Below, one piece after another: positions 34,756 to 44,215 of a stretch of DNA of 64,000 bases; position 1 is the first letter of the stretch, and each line of letters opens with the position of its first letter. The notes beneath the pieces are model-generated. The model ran no database searches and had not been told where the DNA came from. It was given only the letters and a program-made list of their open reading frames with translations. This stretch comes from a virus, in the IMG/VR virus record IMGVR_UViG_3300032893_000032, positions 7,715 to 71,714 of that record. One strand, given 5' to 3'. The position numbers and the translations under genes were made by a program.

Positions 34756-35019
34756 ATGTCCAAGTCTCAAGTGGTCGTACTCCGTAGTAAATACGATAAG
34801 TTAAGGGAAGAGTTATCCAAGAAAATATCGGAGACTTATCCTGCCGGAACCCGCTGTGCAATCTTGCGCGAAAGAAACGGGAGTAAATTTCGCATCTACG
34901 GGAGAGTCGCCTTCGGTCCTTGGCCTTCAGAGCCTACACGCTTGGGGATTAAAACCGACAAGCGGGGAACGATAATGTGGGCCGACTGTAACGATTTAGA
35001 ATGCCACTGCGCGACGTAG
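34756..35019 (+). CDS. Hypothetical protein
   Basis: GGAGG RBS. Confidence 0.6.
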   Translation: MSKSQVVVLRSKYDKLREELSKKISETYPAGTRCAILRERNGSKFRIYGRVAFGPWPSEPTRLGIKTDKRGTIMWADCNDLECHCAT

Positions 35020-35036
35020 CCAAGGAGGGATGACCA

Positions 35037-35204
35037 ATGACGGCCTGCGATCACAAGTGTCACACAGTAGGGCTTAATCCGTGGGTCGAATACTGTCCGG
35101 TTTGTGGGTGCAGGAATGAGAAGTTTGATCCGAAAGCGGAAGTCCCACAATGGTTGCGAGACTTCATGGCGGACGTTCCAGAGCGTAAAGGAGAGATGAG
35201 ATGA
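35037..35204 (+). CDS. Small Cys-rich protein (55 aa)
   Basis: AAGGAGG RBS; CDHKC..CPVCGC; stop overlaps the next ATG. Confidence 0.55.
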   Translation: MTACDHKCHTVGLNPWVEYCPVCGCRNEKFDPKAEVPQWLRDFMADVPERKGEMR

Positions 35205-35383
35205 GCGGACGTATTCTTACTGTGATTATGCGAAACGATGCGCCATTGATATACACCAACGATAGCCCAACATATCGAACGGTTCAGATCGAACTAACGG
35301 AGGATCAAGTCAGTAAGATCGTCCCTTTGTCGAAAGAAGAAGCAATCTCAAAATGTTGGATCGAACCTGAGCGGGGAGCCTAA
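35201..35383 (+). CDS. Hypothetical protein
   Basis: AAGGAG RBS; ATGA overlap. Confidence 0.6.
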   Translation: MSGRILTVIMRNDAPLIYTNDSPTYRTVQIELTEDQVSKIVPLSKEEAISKCWIEPERGA

Positions 35384-35387
35384 CTCA

Positions 35388-35600
35388 ATGACGACACGCG
35401 ACAAGGCGGGGACGCGGGCCACGATGCAAGAAGTCCGAGACTTGATCGCATTCTATGACGCTCACGGATGGGATTGGCTTTTGGCCGCTGAATACACACT
35501 CGGTTTGCGCAGTGGCGAGTTAGATCGAAGAGAACACTGGCTTAATGACTACATCATGATTCCGAGAAGGAAAGCGCGAAAGGAGGCCAACCGTGGCTGA
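35388..35600 (+). CDS. Hypothetical protein
   Basis: GGAG RBS. Confidence 0.6.
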   Translation: MTTRDKAGTRATMQEVRDLIAFYDAHGWDWLLAAEYTLGLRSGELDRREHWLNDYIMIPRRKARKEANRG

Positions 35601-35775
35601 GGGGAAGACGGGCCGCTGTAGGTGGCCGTGGTCGCATAACTGGACGAAGTGGACCACTACCGAGCGCGGAACCGGATACAGAAGTGAATCATCCTTCAGT
35701 ATCGGACGATATGAGATGCAGCGTCGTGAGTGCATAGTGTGCGGAAAGTCACAACTTCGGGAGACGATGTCATGA
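35593..35775 (+). CDS. Small Zn-binding protein
   Basis: C...H.W..W...Q.REC..CGK; AGGAGG RBS. Confidence 0.6.
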   Translation: MAEGKTGRCRWPWSHNWTKWTTTERGTGYRSESSFSIGRYEMQRRECIVCGKSQLRETMS

Positions 35776-35811
35776 GCGTCCCCGAGGGCCGGACGGAGAA
35801 GGAGTGAGGGT

Positions 35812-36186
35812 ATGAGCGACTTTAAACACGATTGGGAATGTGCGGCAATTGGCGAAAAGGGTTATTACTTCTGGAGGTGCAAGAGGTGTGGAACTAGTCT
35901 TCCCTATCCTTCTCCAAATGAAGCATTTGATGCTAAAGGCCCGTGCTCCGGCAACGCCACGCCATTGTCCAGCCTGCATACTTGCAGCCTTGCGCCAGAC
36001 GCCGAAGCCTCCGTCCGGAAGATGCGGGAAAGGATCGAGACGATTGATTGGAAGATGATTAAAGCCGCTGAGGACGACTGGAAGAAACAGGGAAGGGTCG
36101 GACAGTATCACGGACACATAGCAGAGTTTGTTCGGGCCGCGCTCGCCGCCCCGGACGCTCCCCCGGAGAAGGAGAATGGACAGTGA
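35812..36186 (+). CDS. Hypothetical protein (HDW..CKRCG)
   Basis: AAGGAG/GAGG RBS. Confidence 0.6.
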   Translation: MSDFKHDWECAAIGEKGYYFWRCKRCGTSLPYPSPNEAFDAKGPCSGNATPLSSLHTCSLAPDAEASVRKMRERIETIDWKMIKAAEDDWKKQGRVGQYHGHIAEFVRAALAAPDAPPEKENGQ

Positions 36187-36386
36187 CAAAGCAGGAAATT
36201 CTTGATGGCTTGAAGTCGGGCAGGAAACTTCGATGTGACCGCAAAAACGAGCCATTGCTTCCTTGGTTACTTGGACATCCACACATTACTAACAAGTTCG
36301 TTCAGTCAGATGACCAGTGCAGTTATATTGAGTTTTCGTGGTCCGAATCCACTACGCCGGAGGGAAAATGCTCGGACTCGCAATAA
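36183..36386 (+). CDS. Hypothetical protein
   Basis: GTGA overlap; RBS present. Confidence 0.55.
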   Translation: MTKQEILDGLKSGRKLRCDRKNEPLLPWLLGHPHITNKFVQSDDQCSYIEFSWSESTTPEGKCSDSQ

Positions 36387-36520
36387 TGATCGTTGGTCTC
36401 TATTCGTTCTTATGGCGCATGTCTCATGATATTGAGGAAATTGAGAGGGTAGTAAAACGCCTCGAAAAGTTTTGCAAACCGACTACGCCGGAAGATGGCG
36501 GGAAAGGAGGTGCCAATTGA
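36368..36520 (+). CDS. Small membrane-anchored protein
   Basis: MLGLAIMIVGLYSFLW TM segment; GGAGG RBS. Confidence 0.5.
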   Translation: MLGLAIMIVGLYSFLWRMSHDIEEIERVVKRLEKFCKPTTPEDGGKGGAN

Positions 36521-36746
36521 CAAAGATATCACTGACCCGTGCTATTCAAAGTATTGCGAAGTCGGCCAAGGTGGACTGCAAATCAATGCGGAACCCGCAT
36601 ACGTTAGCTGTCCTGATGGTTACGAACTTAACGCTGCTGACCTCAAGTGCCATCGCACAGGCAGCGATTGACCGCGCCCAGCGAGGCCGCATAGCTGGAG
36701 GCGGAAGGGAACATGCGGCTTCTTAGTGAAAAGAAGGAGAAAGACT

Positions 36747-37403
36747 ATGAAGAAACGTGAAGTGGGAATTCGGTTTTGGTGCTTACTGCTGGTGCTCGTC
36801 GTCCTGTCTACTTTGTCCCGTGCCGACTCCATCCGCCTCGTCTACCTCCCTGGTGACGGGTCCTTCTCCATTTCCCAGTCTTCCGGGATACGGGAGTCCG
36901 CCTACGTCTGGGGCCTGGATGGAAGGTACGGAAGGAGAGGGCAGTGGCGGGGAGTGATAACCCTGTCCACCGGCCCGATGCTTAGCGGCAGCCTCCTGTC
37001 CTCAGCCGTCTTCTCCAGCCAAGGGTCGACGTTCGACGTCTACGGGGGACTGGGGAATAGCCTGTTTACCGGGGGGTTGACGGGAGACGTCTACTGGACG
37101 GCGCTGGGGGTGCATCGGCGGGCGGGAAAAGCAGAAGAGGAATTCGAACTGCGGGGAGAGGTGGAAGGGGAGCTGTGGAATGGGGTAGAGGTAACGGGGG
37201 AAGCGAGGCAGCAGGTGTGGCTACTGAGGAACGGGGAATGGCGAGGGGGGAAGGGGTGGATGTCGGCGGGCGGCGGAGGAAAGGGAGGAGGGGGAGGATT
37301 GGGGACGGCCCCGGAACCCTCCACCCTTTGGTTGCTGGGGAGCGGCGGACTAGCCACCGGATTGAGACTAGTCCTGCTTAAGGTCCGCCAGATCCGCCAG
37401 TAG
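36747..37403 (+). CDS. PEP-CTERM sorting-domain surface protein
   Basis: Signal peptide ending SRA-DS; C-terminal APEPSTLWLLGSGGL...KVRQIRQ. Confidence 0.85.
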   Translation: MKKREVGIRFWCLLLVLVVLSTLSRADSIRLVYLPGDGSFSISQSSGIRESAYVWGLDGRYGRRGQWRGVITLSTGPMLSGSLLSSAVFSSQGSTFDVYGGLGNSLFTGGLTGDVYWTALGVHRRAGKAEEEFELRGEVEGELWNGVEVTGEARQQVWLLRNGEWRGGKGWMSAGGGGKGGGGGLGTAPEPSTLWLLGSGGLATGLRLVLLKVRQIRQ

Positions 37404-38117
37404 CTGGGAGATGTCGAACCCGCTGTACGACTTTCCACTAAGCTTGTCCACCCAGTCTTGAGTCACGACGGCGTACGCCTCCGAACAAATCTTGGAGAAG
37501 GTCCCCCACCCCATCTGCTGGAGCTTCGCCCAGGTCACGCAGGTACACCCGTCCCGTCCGTAGCCGAACAGTGGTACGGAATGGCCGCCGAGATTTTGTC
37601 CTGATGGCTGGTCCCACGCCTTTCCCTGGTCGAACTGCTCCTCCATCGACTGGTAGACCGATATCCCGACGTTAACTCCGCCGAAGAGCCAGATGGCCTG
37701 GCGGACCTCCTCGATATTCGTCTGGTCCACTTCCGCCCATGCTAGGATCTGGTGTCCGGCAATCCCCGTCTTCCGCCAGTATTCCAGGACGTCCGGGATG
37801 GCCGCTCCTTGGTCGGTGGAAGGATCGCCGGGGACGTACCCGGTGATGGCTGAATAGGCCGCCACTACCTCTTCGACAGTCGGTACGACCATAGACCCGG
37901 TATGAATGGTGGCACACATCAGCGTGTGGGCGATGCAGGCGCAGGTACAATCCCCTATCGAATCGTTCCCGAACATGTTCCACTGGTCGGCGGGGACTTT
38001 GTACTCCCAGTAGACCTTGAGGGGAGAGGGGGGGACAGAAGCGAGGTAACGGCTGAGCTGAAGGGGACGGGAGGAGGATGGGGACTTTCGGGGGGCGAGT
38101 GCAGCTAGGGACTTCAT
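37368..38117 (-). CDS. Papain-fold (C1-like) cysteine peptidase
   Basis: GNDSIGDCTCA, DQGA, GGHSV...GY and TW; AGGAG RBS. Confidence 0.75.
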   Translation of the reverse strand: MKSLAALAPRKSPSSSRPLQLSRYLASVPPSPLKVYWEYKVPADQWNMFGNDSIGDCTCACIAHTLMCATIHTGSMVVPTVEEVVAAYSAITGYVPGDPSTDQGAAIPDVLEYWRKTGIAGHQILAWAEVDQTNIEEVRQAIWLFGGVNVGISVYQSMEEQFDQGKAWDQPSGQNLGGHSVPLFGYGRDGCTCVTWAKLQQMGWGTFSKICSEAYAVVTQDWVDKLSGKSYSGFDISQLLADLADLKQD

Positions 38118-38155
38118 AGGGAGAATTCTCCTGTGTAAACGGGTAGAAATGGGGT

Positions 38156-38193
38156 AAAAATCCGGAGAGGGCGCAGGTCTCCTCCCCCTCCGG
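38156..38193 (-). terminator. Possible intrinsic terminator after the lysis genes
   Basis: CCGGAG...CTCCGG stem followed by ATTTTT on the minus strand. Confidence 0.5.
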
Positions 38194-38236
38194 TAGGCGT
38201 TGGTTGCTGGCGGTAAGTACGAAATTCTAGGCCGAC

Positions 38237-38890
38237 TCAACTCCTGCTGGCGGCAGCCTTCTGCAGTTTCTTCAGCTTCTTCGCCTCGTGCGCCCGCATG
38301 TGGGCGAGCTTCTTGGCTGAGGCGGTCTGGCTGGTCCCCAGTCCGAAGTTGATTCCCGTGGTGTAGCCGCACTTGAACACGTTCCGGGCGGACACGTTGT
38401 CCGGATTAAGGACGGGAAAGGTCCCGCAGTCGGCCTCGAAGATGTTGAGGGTGAAGCGTCCTGACCCGGTGGGGTCGAAGTTGGCACCGAGGCGCAGCAT
38501 GGCGGCGGGCTTGTTGATGTTCTGGTTATTATTCACCGCCACCCGTCCGAATCCCCCCGCCCCGCCGAAGTACGGGTTAAGCCTGTTGCAGGGGAGGGTG
38601 GTCTCGTCCAGAAGCTTGCAGGCGAACCACATATCGATGTCGGTGCCGAAGAGGAAGCTCTCGGACCCAGCCGCCGGAATGGACCAGACGTCGGCGCGGA
38701 GGCGGGAGTAGGTGGTGAACTGGTAGGCTCCCCCTACGTCTATTCCACTGGTCGATCCGGCTACCGGCGATCCCAGGAAGTTGGACATGAAGGTGAAGCT
38801 GGGGGCGTTGGGGACATTGGACTGGGTCCAGCCGCATACCGCCAGCACCAGTGTGGCTGCCACGATAATGCTTACCTTTTTCATTTGCAT
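38237..38890 (-). CDS. Secreted, outer-membrane beta-barrel-like protein in the lysis cassette
   Basis: Signal peptide; amphipathic beta strands (LNPYFGGAGG, LRLGANFD); basic C-terminal helix. Confidence 0.6.
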   Translation of the reverse strand: MQMKKVSIIVAATLVLAVCGWTQSNVPNAPSFTFMSNFLGSPVAGSTSGIDVGGAYQFTTYSRLRADVWSIPAAGSESFLFGTDIDMWFACKLLDETTLPCNRLNPYFGGAGGFGRVAVNNNQNINKPAAMLRLGANFDPTGSGRFTLNIFEADCGTFPVLNPDNVSARNVFKCGYTTGINFGLGTSQTASAKKLAHMRAHEAKKLKKLQKAAASRS

Positions 38891-38932
38891 TCTCTCCTTT
38901 GTTGGTTTGTTCTACTTTTTTTACGCCAGTGT

Positions 38933-39340
38933 CTACTTACCACCAGTTCCACTGCCCGCGTTCCCACCAGTAGGGTCCAGGTAACTAATGGTCACCGGCC
39001 CCTGCTCCAGAGCAGCTTGCAGCTTTTGGAAGAACAGGTTGAACTCCTCCACCGAGTGGCCGACGAAGTCGGTACCGACAGTTTCCCCCACCAGAGTGCA
39101 GTCCTCCGTATCCTTCGCCCAGTTTCCCCAGTGTATCCGTATCCCCGAGTGGCCGGGGACGTTGAGGACGTGGGGCATGAGACGGCGGAAGCGTACGGAC
39201 TGGTCTATCACCAGGTCAAACGTCCCCGCCGCAAAGGTGGAGGCTGGCTCCAGGGTAAAACACTCGTGCACCCCGTCGATCAGCATCTCGCCCAGGGTGG
39301 CGATGGAGTCGGGCGGACGGCGCTGTACCACTATCTTCAT
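38933..39340 (-). CDS. Endolysin, DUF5675 (L,D-peptidase-like)
   Basis: TLGEM.IDG..C.TLEP, VPG.SGIRIHWGN...DTEDC.LVG. Confidence 0.85.
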   Translation of the reverse strand: MKIVVQRRPPDSIATLGEMLIDGVHECFTLEPASTFAAGTFDLVIDQSVRFRRLMPHVLNVPGHSGIRIHWGNWAKDTEDCTLVGETVGTDFVGHSVEEFNLFFQKLQAALEQGPVTISYLDPTGGNAGSGTGGK

Positions 39341-39348
39341 AGGGATGT

Positions 39349-39582
39349 CTAGTTATCCTCCCCTCCGTTGGATTGAGACCAGGCGAGGATCTTTGGACCC
39401 CATACCAGGGCCTCGCGGCTCACTACCGTGGCCAAAGCTACTTTTCCGACGTTCACCCACCAGTCGGCGGTGTGCCACCCCATGAACTGGGGAAATAAAG
39501 TGGTCATGGTGGCGTTGGTAAGCAGGGCGTTCACCGCCTGCTTTAGCGAAACGATGAGAAAAGACTTCAGTTTAGCTGTCAT
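39349..39582 (-). CDS. Putative holin
   Basis: 77 aa with two hydrophobic segments; next to the endolysin. Confidence 0.55.
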   Translation of the reverse strand: MTAKLKSFLIVSLKQAVNALLTNATMTTLFPQFMGWHTADWWVNVGKVALATVVSREALVWGPKILAWSQSNGGEDN

Positions 39583-39613
39583 CCCGTTCCTCCTTTTTGC
39601 CTACTCGTTCATC

Positions 39614-39952
39614 CTACCCATCCAGTTTTTCCTTGTCATGCATCCGGAAGCAGCGGTTCTCGATAAGCCGGAGACGGCGTTCGGACAGCTCCACCGACTG
39701 CTGGATAAGGGCGGTCTGCATCTTCAGCTCCCCTATCTGCTCGTCCCGCTTTCCATTAAGCTCCTTCTGCTCGCTGTGAAACTCGGTAAGAGCGCGGAGC
39801 TTCTGCTGGTTCTCGGTGTACATTTCTATCTGCTCCTTCTCGGTCTTTTTTCTGTCCAGATAAAGGGTGGCGAAGGCTACTATGAACACGCCCAGCTCGA
39901 TCACGTGTCCGATGTTGAACTCGAAAAATCCCTGTCCTTGCGTGATTACCAT
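39614..39952 (-). CDS. TM plus coiled-coil lysis-region protein
   Basis: FNIGHVIELGVFIVAFATLY TM segment followed by a coiled coil. Confidence 0.6.
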   Translation of the reverse strand: MVITQGQGFFEFNIGHVIELGVFIVAFATLYLDRKKTEKEQIEMYTENQQKLRALTEFHSEQKELNGKRDEQIGELKMQTALIQQSVELSERRLRLIENRCFRMHDKEKLDG

Positions 39953-40095
39953 TGTTGCTCGTCCCCCGGCCAGATCTCGCTGCGGTCGCCCCCTCAGACG
40001 CCGCAACGCTGGCTAACGACTGTCGACTCTCTACTGCTACCGCTATCATTACTTCTACATCTACTTTTATTACCATTACCATGGTTTCTCTGACT

Positions 40096-43000
40096 CTAGT
40101 GGTGACTTCCCCCAGTCACTATCCCCCCATCTCCCATCTTCATCCCGTCGTTCAGCGCTACCGTATAGTTCGACTGTCCAAACGCCCCGACGTGGTCCTC
40201 CGAGTACGGACCGTGGGGGCCGCAGTAGCTGGCCGCCGGACACACCCACTGGTGGCTGGTCATGTCGAACAGGAACTGGGAGTAGTTGAACCCCCCGACG
40301 TAGGACGATCCGGCGGCCAGCTCCACCTTCGTCAGGTCGAAGTTCGTCGACCAGGGACGGGCGGTGAAGGGGCAGTTGTTGGGGTCGAACGGAGTGGATG
40401 GGACGCAGGGGGTGATGGGGAAAACGTTCCCCGAGAGATATCCGGCAAACCCCAGGCAGCTCGGGTCGGGGGAGGACCCGAGGCAGCCAGCGGTCGTGGG
40501 AGTTGGGGACGCCCAGTTGGTAAAGGGTGATGGCGGGGAATTATTGCCCGACCCGCCGGGTACGGATAGGTAATTGGAAATGGGACGGCCCAGCATGACG
40601 GACCGGTACCAGGCGAACGTCTGGGGGTCCATGCACAGGTCCCCCGGAGCCGTCCCCCCAGAATTGTGGCTGCCCTCCCCCGTGGTGCAGGTCAGGCCGA
40701 CCAGGTTTACCCCCATCCCCGGTTTCGTCCCGGTGGGGAAGGCGAACAGGTTGTCGTGGTAGCGGTTGCTGATAGACTGGGCGGAGGTCCCGGCGGCATA
40801 GTCCCATCCCACCGGCTGCGTCCCGAACATGGTGTTGTGGTGGACGCGGATGCTGAAGGGGAGGCCGGAGCCGTTGCCCAGCATGCAAAAGTGGGTAGAT
40901 GGGGGGTAGTCATCAGGAAGCCCCACCTGGTTCCAGTAGACGTCCAGCCCGTTGGGAGCGGTGGGGGGAATGGCGTAGGCGACCGTAGAGCTGCTGTTCC
41001 CCACTATATATCCGTTGGCTGAGCAGGTCGAGTCGGAAATAGCACCCGACGTGAAGGTGGAAATGTCCTGCGTCTCCACCCCGTTCCCCGGATAGATGTC
41101 GGTTACCTGATAGGCGTGGGTAGGAATGATGATAGACCACTGGAGATTGCCGCAGGTGGCCACGGAATTGCACAGGGTCCCGGACGGGTAGCCCGACCCC
41201 GCAGGCGGCTGGTAGTCGAACGCGTCCCCTAGAGACCCGTCGTTGGTGATAAGCTGGGTCCCGTTGTTATAGGCGTAACGGATAGGGAAGGTCCCGGACC
41301 AGTCGACCACCGCCGTCGGGGTGATCTGTGCGCCGGAGCCGGTAGAGTTCCCGGTGAGGATGTACGCCGTACCCGTGGCGTATCCGCTTCCCATAGTCTG
41401 CTGCGTCATTCCCGTCACCGCTCCGCCGGAGACCGAGGTGACCTTGAAGACAGCCGCCCCCTGCTGGGTGCAGGACCCTGAGGCAAAGGTCAGGCAGGCG
41501 GTGAGGATCTTCCCCACGTCCCCCGAAACGAACCCGGTCCCGCCCGCCGACAGGGTGTAGGTGGAGATCGACCCCCCCGCATTGGTGATGATGACGGAAC
41601 AGTTTGGCATCACCACGCCGAAATTGTTCCCCGGCTTTCCCGTGGCCGGATTCGTACCGGTACAGTTGGGAGAGTTGGTCACCGGGTCCTGCCGGGAGGT
41701 GAACGACACGAGGACCACGCCCGAGGAGGAGACGACGGAGGAGAATGGAGTAGAATTAAGGGAAAAGACTGCGTCCGGATAGGCGGGATTGACCACCGAT
41801 CCGGGGACCGGGTCGAACCCCAGGGGGGAGGGACGGCAGGCGGCGTGGGAAACTCCCGAGAGGCGGGACATCTGGCAGTAGAAGTTCTGCTGCGTACCGG
41901 CAAATTCCGCTATCTCCCCTGCTCCCGTTCCCCAGCTGGCCGCCTCCCCCAGGTTCCCGACCACGCAGTTGAAGAAGTCCAGGTTCCCCATAGACTTCGA
42001 CACTCCCCCGCCGTTTCCCGGCGATCCCGCGCGTAGGCCAAGGGTCCAGGCCCCGGACGAGTCCCGGACCCAGCAGGACTGGATGTGGACGTTGTCCGTG
42101 CCATTCAGCGGCACCCCCAGCTGGTCGAACACCCCCGCCGCCCCTCCGCCCGAAATCGACCGCTCGTCGATCAACCAGGTGTATCCGTGCTGCGCGTCCG
42201 GCCAGGTGTGCTCGGCCAGAACCCCCACGAAGGCCACCCTCTCCCCCATCTTGCTCTCGATGGTGTTCTTGACGGAGTAGTTCATGGGGCAGGTATTGAG
42301 GCTGGCCCCTCCGGACAAGGTCCCGCATCCGAATGGTAAGGTGGGGGAGTGGCCTGCGCCGGCGGAGAGCTGGCGGTAGTCGGGATTACGGGAGAAGACG
42401 GAACGATGGATGAACATGTCATTAGCAATCCCCTTCTGATCCGCCGGTCCTCCCCCCGAGAACCACCCGGCGGACCCGCACTCCATGTACAGGCCGTAGA
42501 AGAGGATGTTGCCGGGGGTGGCGAACCCGGTGGAGATGCAGTGGGACTCGGAGTTCACCCAGTGGCTCTTCTCCAGGTAGGAATTGCCGAACCAGGAATT
42601 GTTGGCGTTCCAGGCGACGAGGGAGATGGTGTCGTCTCCGCAGCCGTTCGCCCACTGGGCGGGGGGATTGGTAAGGGAGAAGGAGACGGTGGTACCGGCG
42701 GTGCCGGGAACGACCGAGGAGGTGGAAAAGGTAAGGTCGGAAATGGAAGGCTGGACGGTGGTGGGGGTGAGCCAGACCCCGGTAGGGCCGAGGGTGTAAG
42801 GGGAGCCGTTGATCGTAATGGTGGCCCCGGGGACAAAGGTCAGTCCTATCCGGTCACCGTTCACCCAGGTAAAGTTCTTTCCGTCAGTGGTGGAAGCCTG
42901 CCCGGACATCGTCCACCCGTGCTGGGCGTTGGTGGCCTGCGTTCCCGTTCCGCACGGGCCGGAGGGCTGTCCGGGGTCTCCGGGGTCCCAGCCGTGGATG

Positions 43001-44205
43001 TAGGACCGCTCCAGTCCCACGTGGTCCGCCCCGTACCAGGTGGGGGCGGTAGTGGTGTTGACGGAGTAGTCGGCGTTGATCACCGCCCCCGAGGCGCGGA
43101 CGGGCTGGGCCGGGGAGTACCCCTTGGCCCCTCCCTGCGATCCGCCGGGGATGGGGGAGACCTGAAGGTCGCGCAGAACCACGTGGTTGGACCAGGTAAA
43201 GGGGCCATAGACCGGGTCGACGTAGGGAGAGGAGCCACCCAGGGTGTTGATGCTGGCGTCCTGGTCGAAAAGTATCCCGGAATTGGTAGTGGGAACCTTG
43301 CCGGAGGGTCCGGATTCGACTATCGACCACATGCGGGCTACGTCGTTTAGGCTACCTCCGGGCTTGCCATCTGAAGTCAAGGTGTGGCCGTCGCATCCCG
43401 GGTTCCTCTGGCCGCCGAATTCGGAGATGGAGGTGTAGAAGCCGTTGGGGGCGACCCCGCCGGAACAGGCCGGACGGTTAGGGGGAAGGGGCTGAGTAGA
43501 TTCGACTATGGCCCATTTGGTCGGCTCCTGATAAGTCACGGGGTCAAGCTTCCCGGTAACCAGTACCCCGTAGGCGTCCCCGGTGGTCTTGCCGTAGGTG
43601 GTCTCCACGATAGAGCAGGAGGGGGGGACGGCTAGGTGCCAGCAGGCATCCTTGTAGTGGGAGGAGGAGAAGTTGGATGGGGAACAGCCATTGCCAGGGG
43701 AGGAGGGAGGAGTGTTGGCATTGCACGCCCAGTCGTTGAAGAAAGCCTGGAGACCGGCCTGGGAGCAGGCGTAGGGGCCGTAGCCGGAGACCGCCGAACC
43801 CCCCATAGTGACGGATAGGTCATAAGACGGACAGTCGGTATCGGGCTGAGCGGGATTAACCCAGTTGACGGGGAGCTGGGCGGCGAAGTCGGTGTTGAGA
43901 CCGGGATAGACCTGATCCGACATCGACATGGAGTCGGTGAGGGTAGCGATATGCTGGGAATGGGAATTGTGTACGGTCACCAGGGCGTCGGTCAGGGTCT
44001 GGGAATCGGAGATGAAGAACCCGTGGCCGAGGCGGATGGTGTCGCCGAAGGATTGGAAGTCGGAGATGGTGATGATGGTGGAGTTCTGGCTGGCGAAGGG
44101 GGTACCCATTTGCCCCCCGGCGAGGAGGCCGCCGTTTAGGGTCCCCTGGGCACAGGAGAGCGCCGGGATGAGGACCAGAACTCCAGTAAGGAGGAAATTT
44201 CGCAT
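40096..44205 (-). CDS. Large beta-helix-like tail spike/adhesin with signal peptide
   Basis: AAGGA RBS; MRNFLLTGVLVLIPALSCA-Q; KN.IESK..ERV.F.G...EH.WPDAQ.G beta-helix pattern; Cys-rich. Confidence 0.65.
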   Translation of the reverse strand: MRNFLLTGVLVLIPALSCAQGTLNGGLLAGGQMGTPFASQNSTIITISDFQSFGDTIRLGHGFFISDSQTLTDALVTVHNSHSQHIATLTDSMSMSDQVYPGLNTDFAAQLPVNWVNPAQPDTDCPSYDLSVTMGGSAVSGYGPYACSQAGLQAFFNDWACNANTPPSSPGNGCSPSNFSSSHYKDACWHLAVPPSCSIVETTYGKTTGDAYGVLVTGKLDPVTYQEPTKWAIVESTQPLPPNRPACSGGVAPNGFYTSISEFGGQRNPGCDGHTLTSDGKPGGSLNDVARMWSIVESGPSGKVPTTNSGILFDQDASINTLGGSSPYVDPVYGPFTWSNHVVLRDLQVSPIPGGSQGGAKGYSPAQPVRASGAVINADYSVNTTTAPTWYGADHVGLERSYIHGWDPGDPGQPSGPCGTGTQATNAQHGWTMSGQASTTDGKNFTWVNGDRIGLTFVPGATITINGSPYTLGPTGVWLTPTTVQPSISDLTFSTSSVVPGTAGTTVSFSLTNPPAQWANGCGDDTISLVAWNANNSWFGNSYLEKSHWVNSESHCISTGFATPGNILFYGLYMECGSAGWFSGGGPADQKGIANDMFIHRSVFSRNPDYRQLSAGAGHSPTLPFGCGTLSGGASLNTCPMNYSVKNTIESKMGERVAFVGVLAEHTWPDAQHGYTWLIDERSISGGGAAGVFDQLGVPLNGTDNVHIQSCWVRDSSGAWTLGLRAGSPGNGGGVSKSMGNLDFFNCVVGNLGEAASWGTGAGEIAEFAGTQQNFYCQMSRLSGVSHAACRPSPLGFDPVPGSVVNPAYPDAVFSLNSTPFSSVVSSSGVVLVSFTSRQDPVTNSPNCTGTNPATGKPGNNFGVVMPNCSVIITNAGGSISTYTLSAGGTGFVSGDVGKILTACLTFASGSCTQQGAAVFKVTSVSGGAVTGMTQQTMGSGYATGTAYILTGNSTGSGAQITPTAVVDWSGTFPIRYAYNNGTQLITNDGSLGDAFDYQPPAGSGYPSGTLCNSVATCGNLQWSIIIPTHAYQVTDIYPGNGVETQDISTFTSGAISDSTCSANGYIVGNSSSTVAYAIPPTAPNGLDVYWNQVGLPDDYPPSTHFCMLGNGSGLPFSIRVHHNTMFGTQPVGWDYAAGTSAQSISNRYHDNLFAFPTGTKPGMGVNLVGLTCTTGEGSHNSGGTAPGDLCMDPQTFAWYRSVMLGRPISNYLSVPGGSGNNSPPSPFTNWASPTPTTAGCLGSSPDPSCLGFAGYLSGNVFPITPCVPSTPFDPNNCPFTARPWSTNFDLTKVELAAGSSYVGGFNYSQFLFDMTSHQWVCPAASYCGPHGPYSEDHVGAFGQSNYTVALNDGMKMGDGGIVTGGSHH

Positions 44206-44215
44206 CGGCTCGTCC

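Noticed and set aside
39756-40082. ORF MVMVIKVDVEV...
   Set aside because: Low-complexity hexamer repeats overlapping the real lysis-region gene in another frame; not supported.
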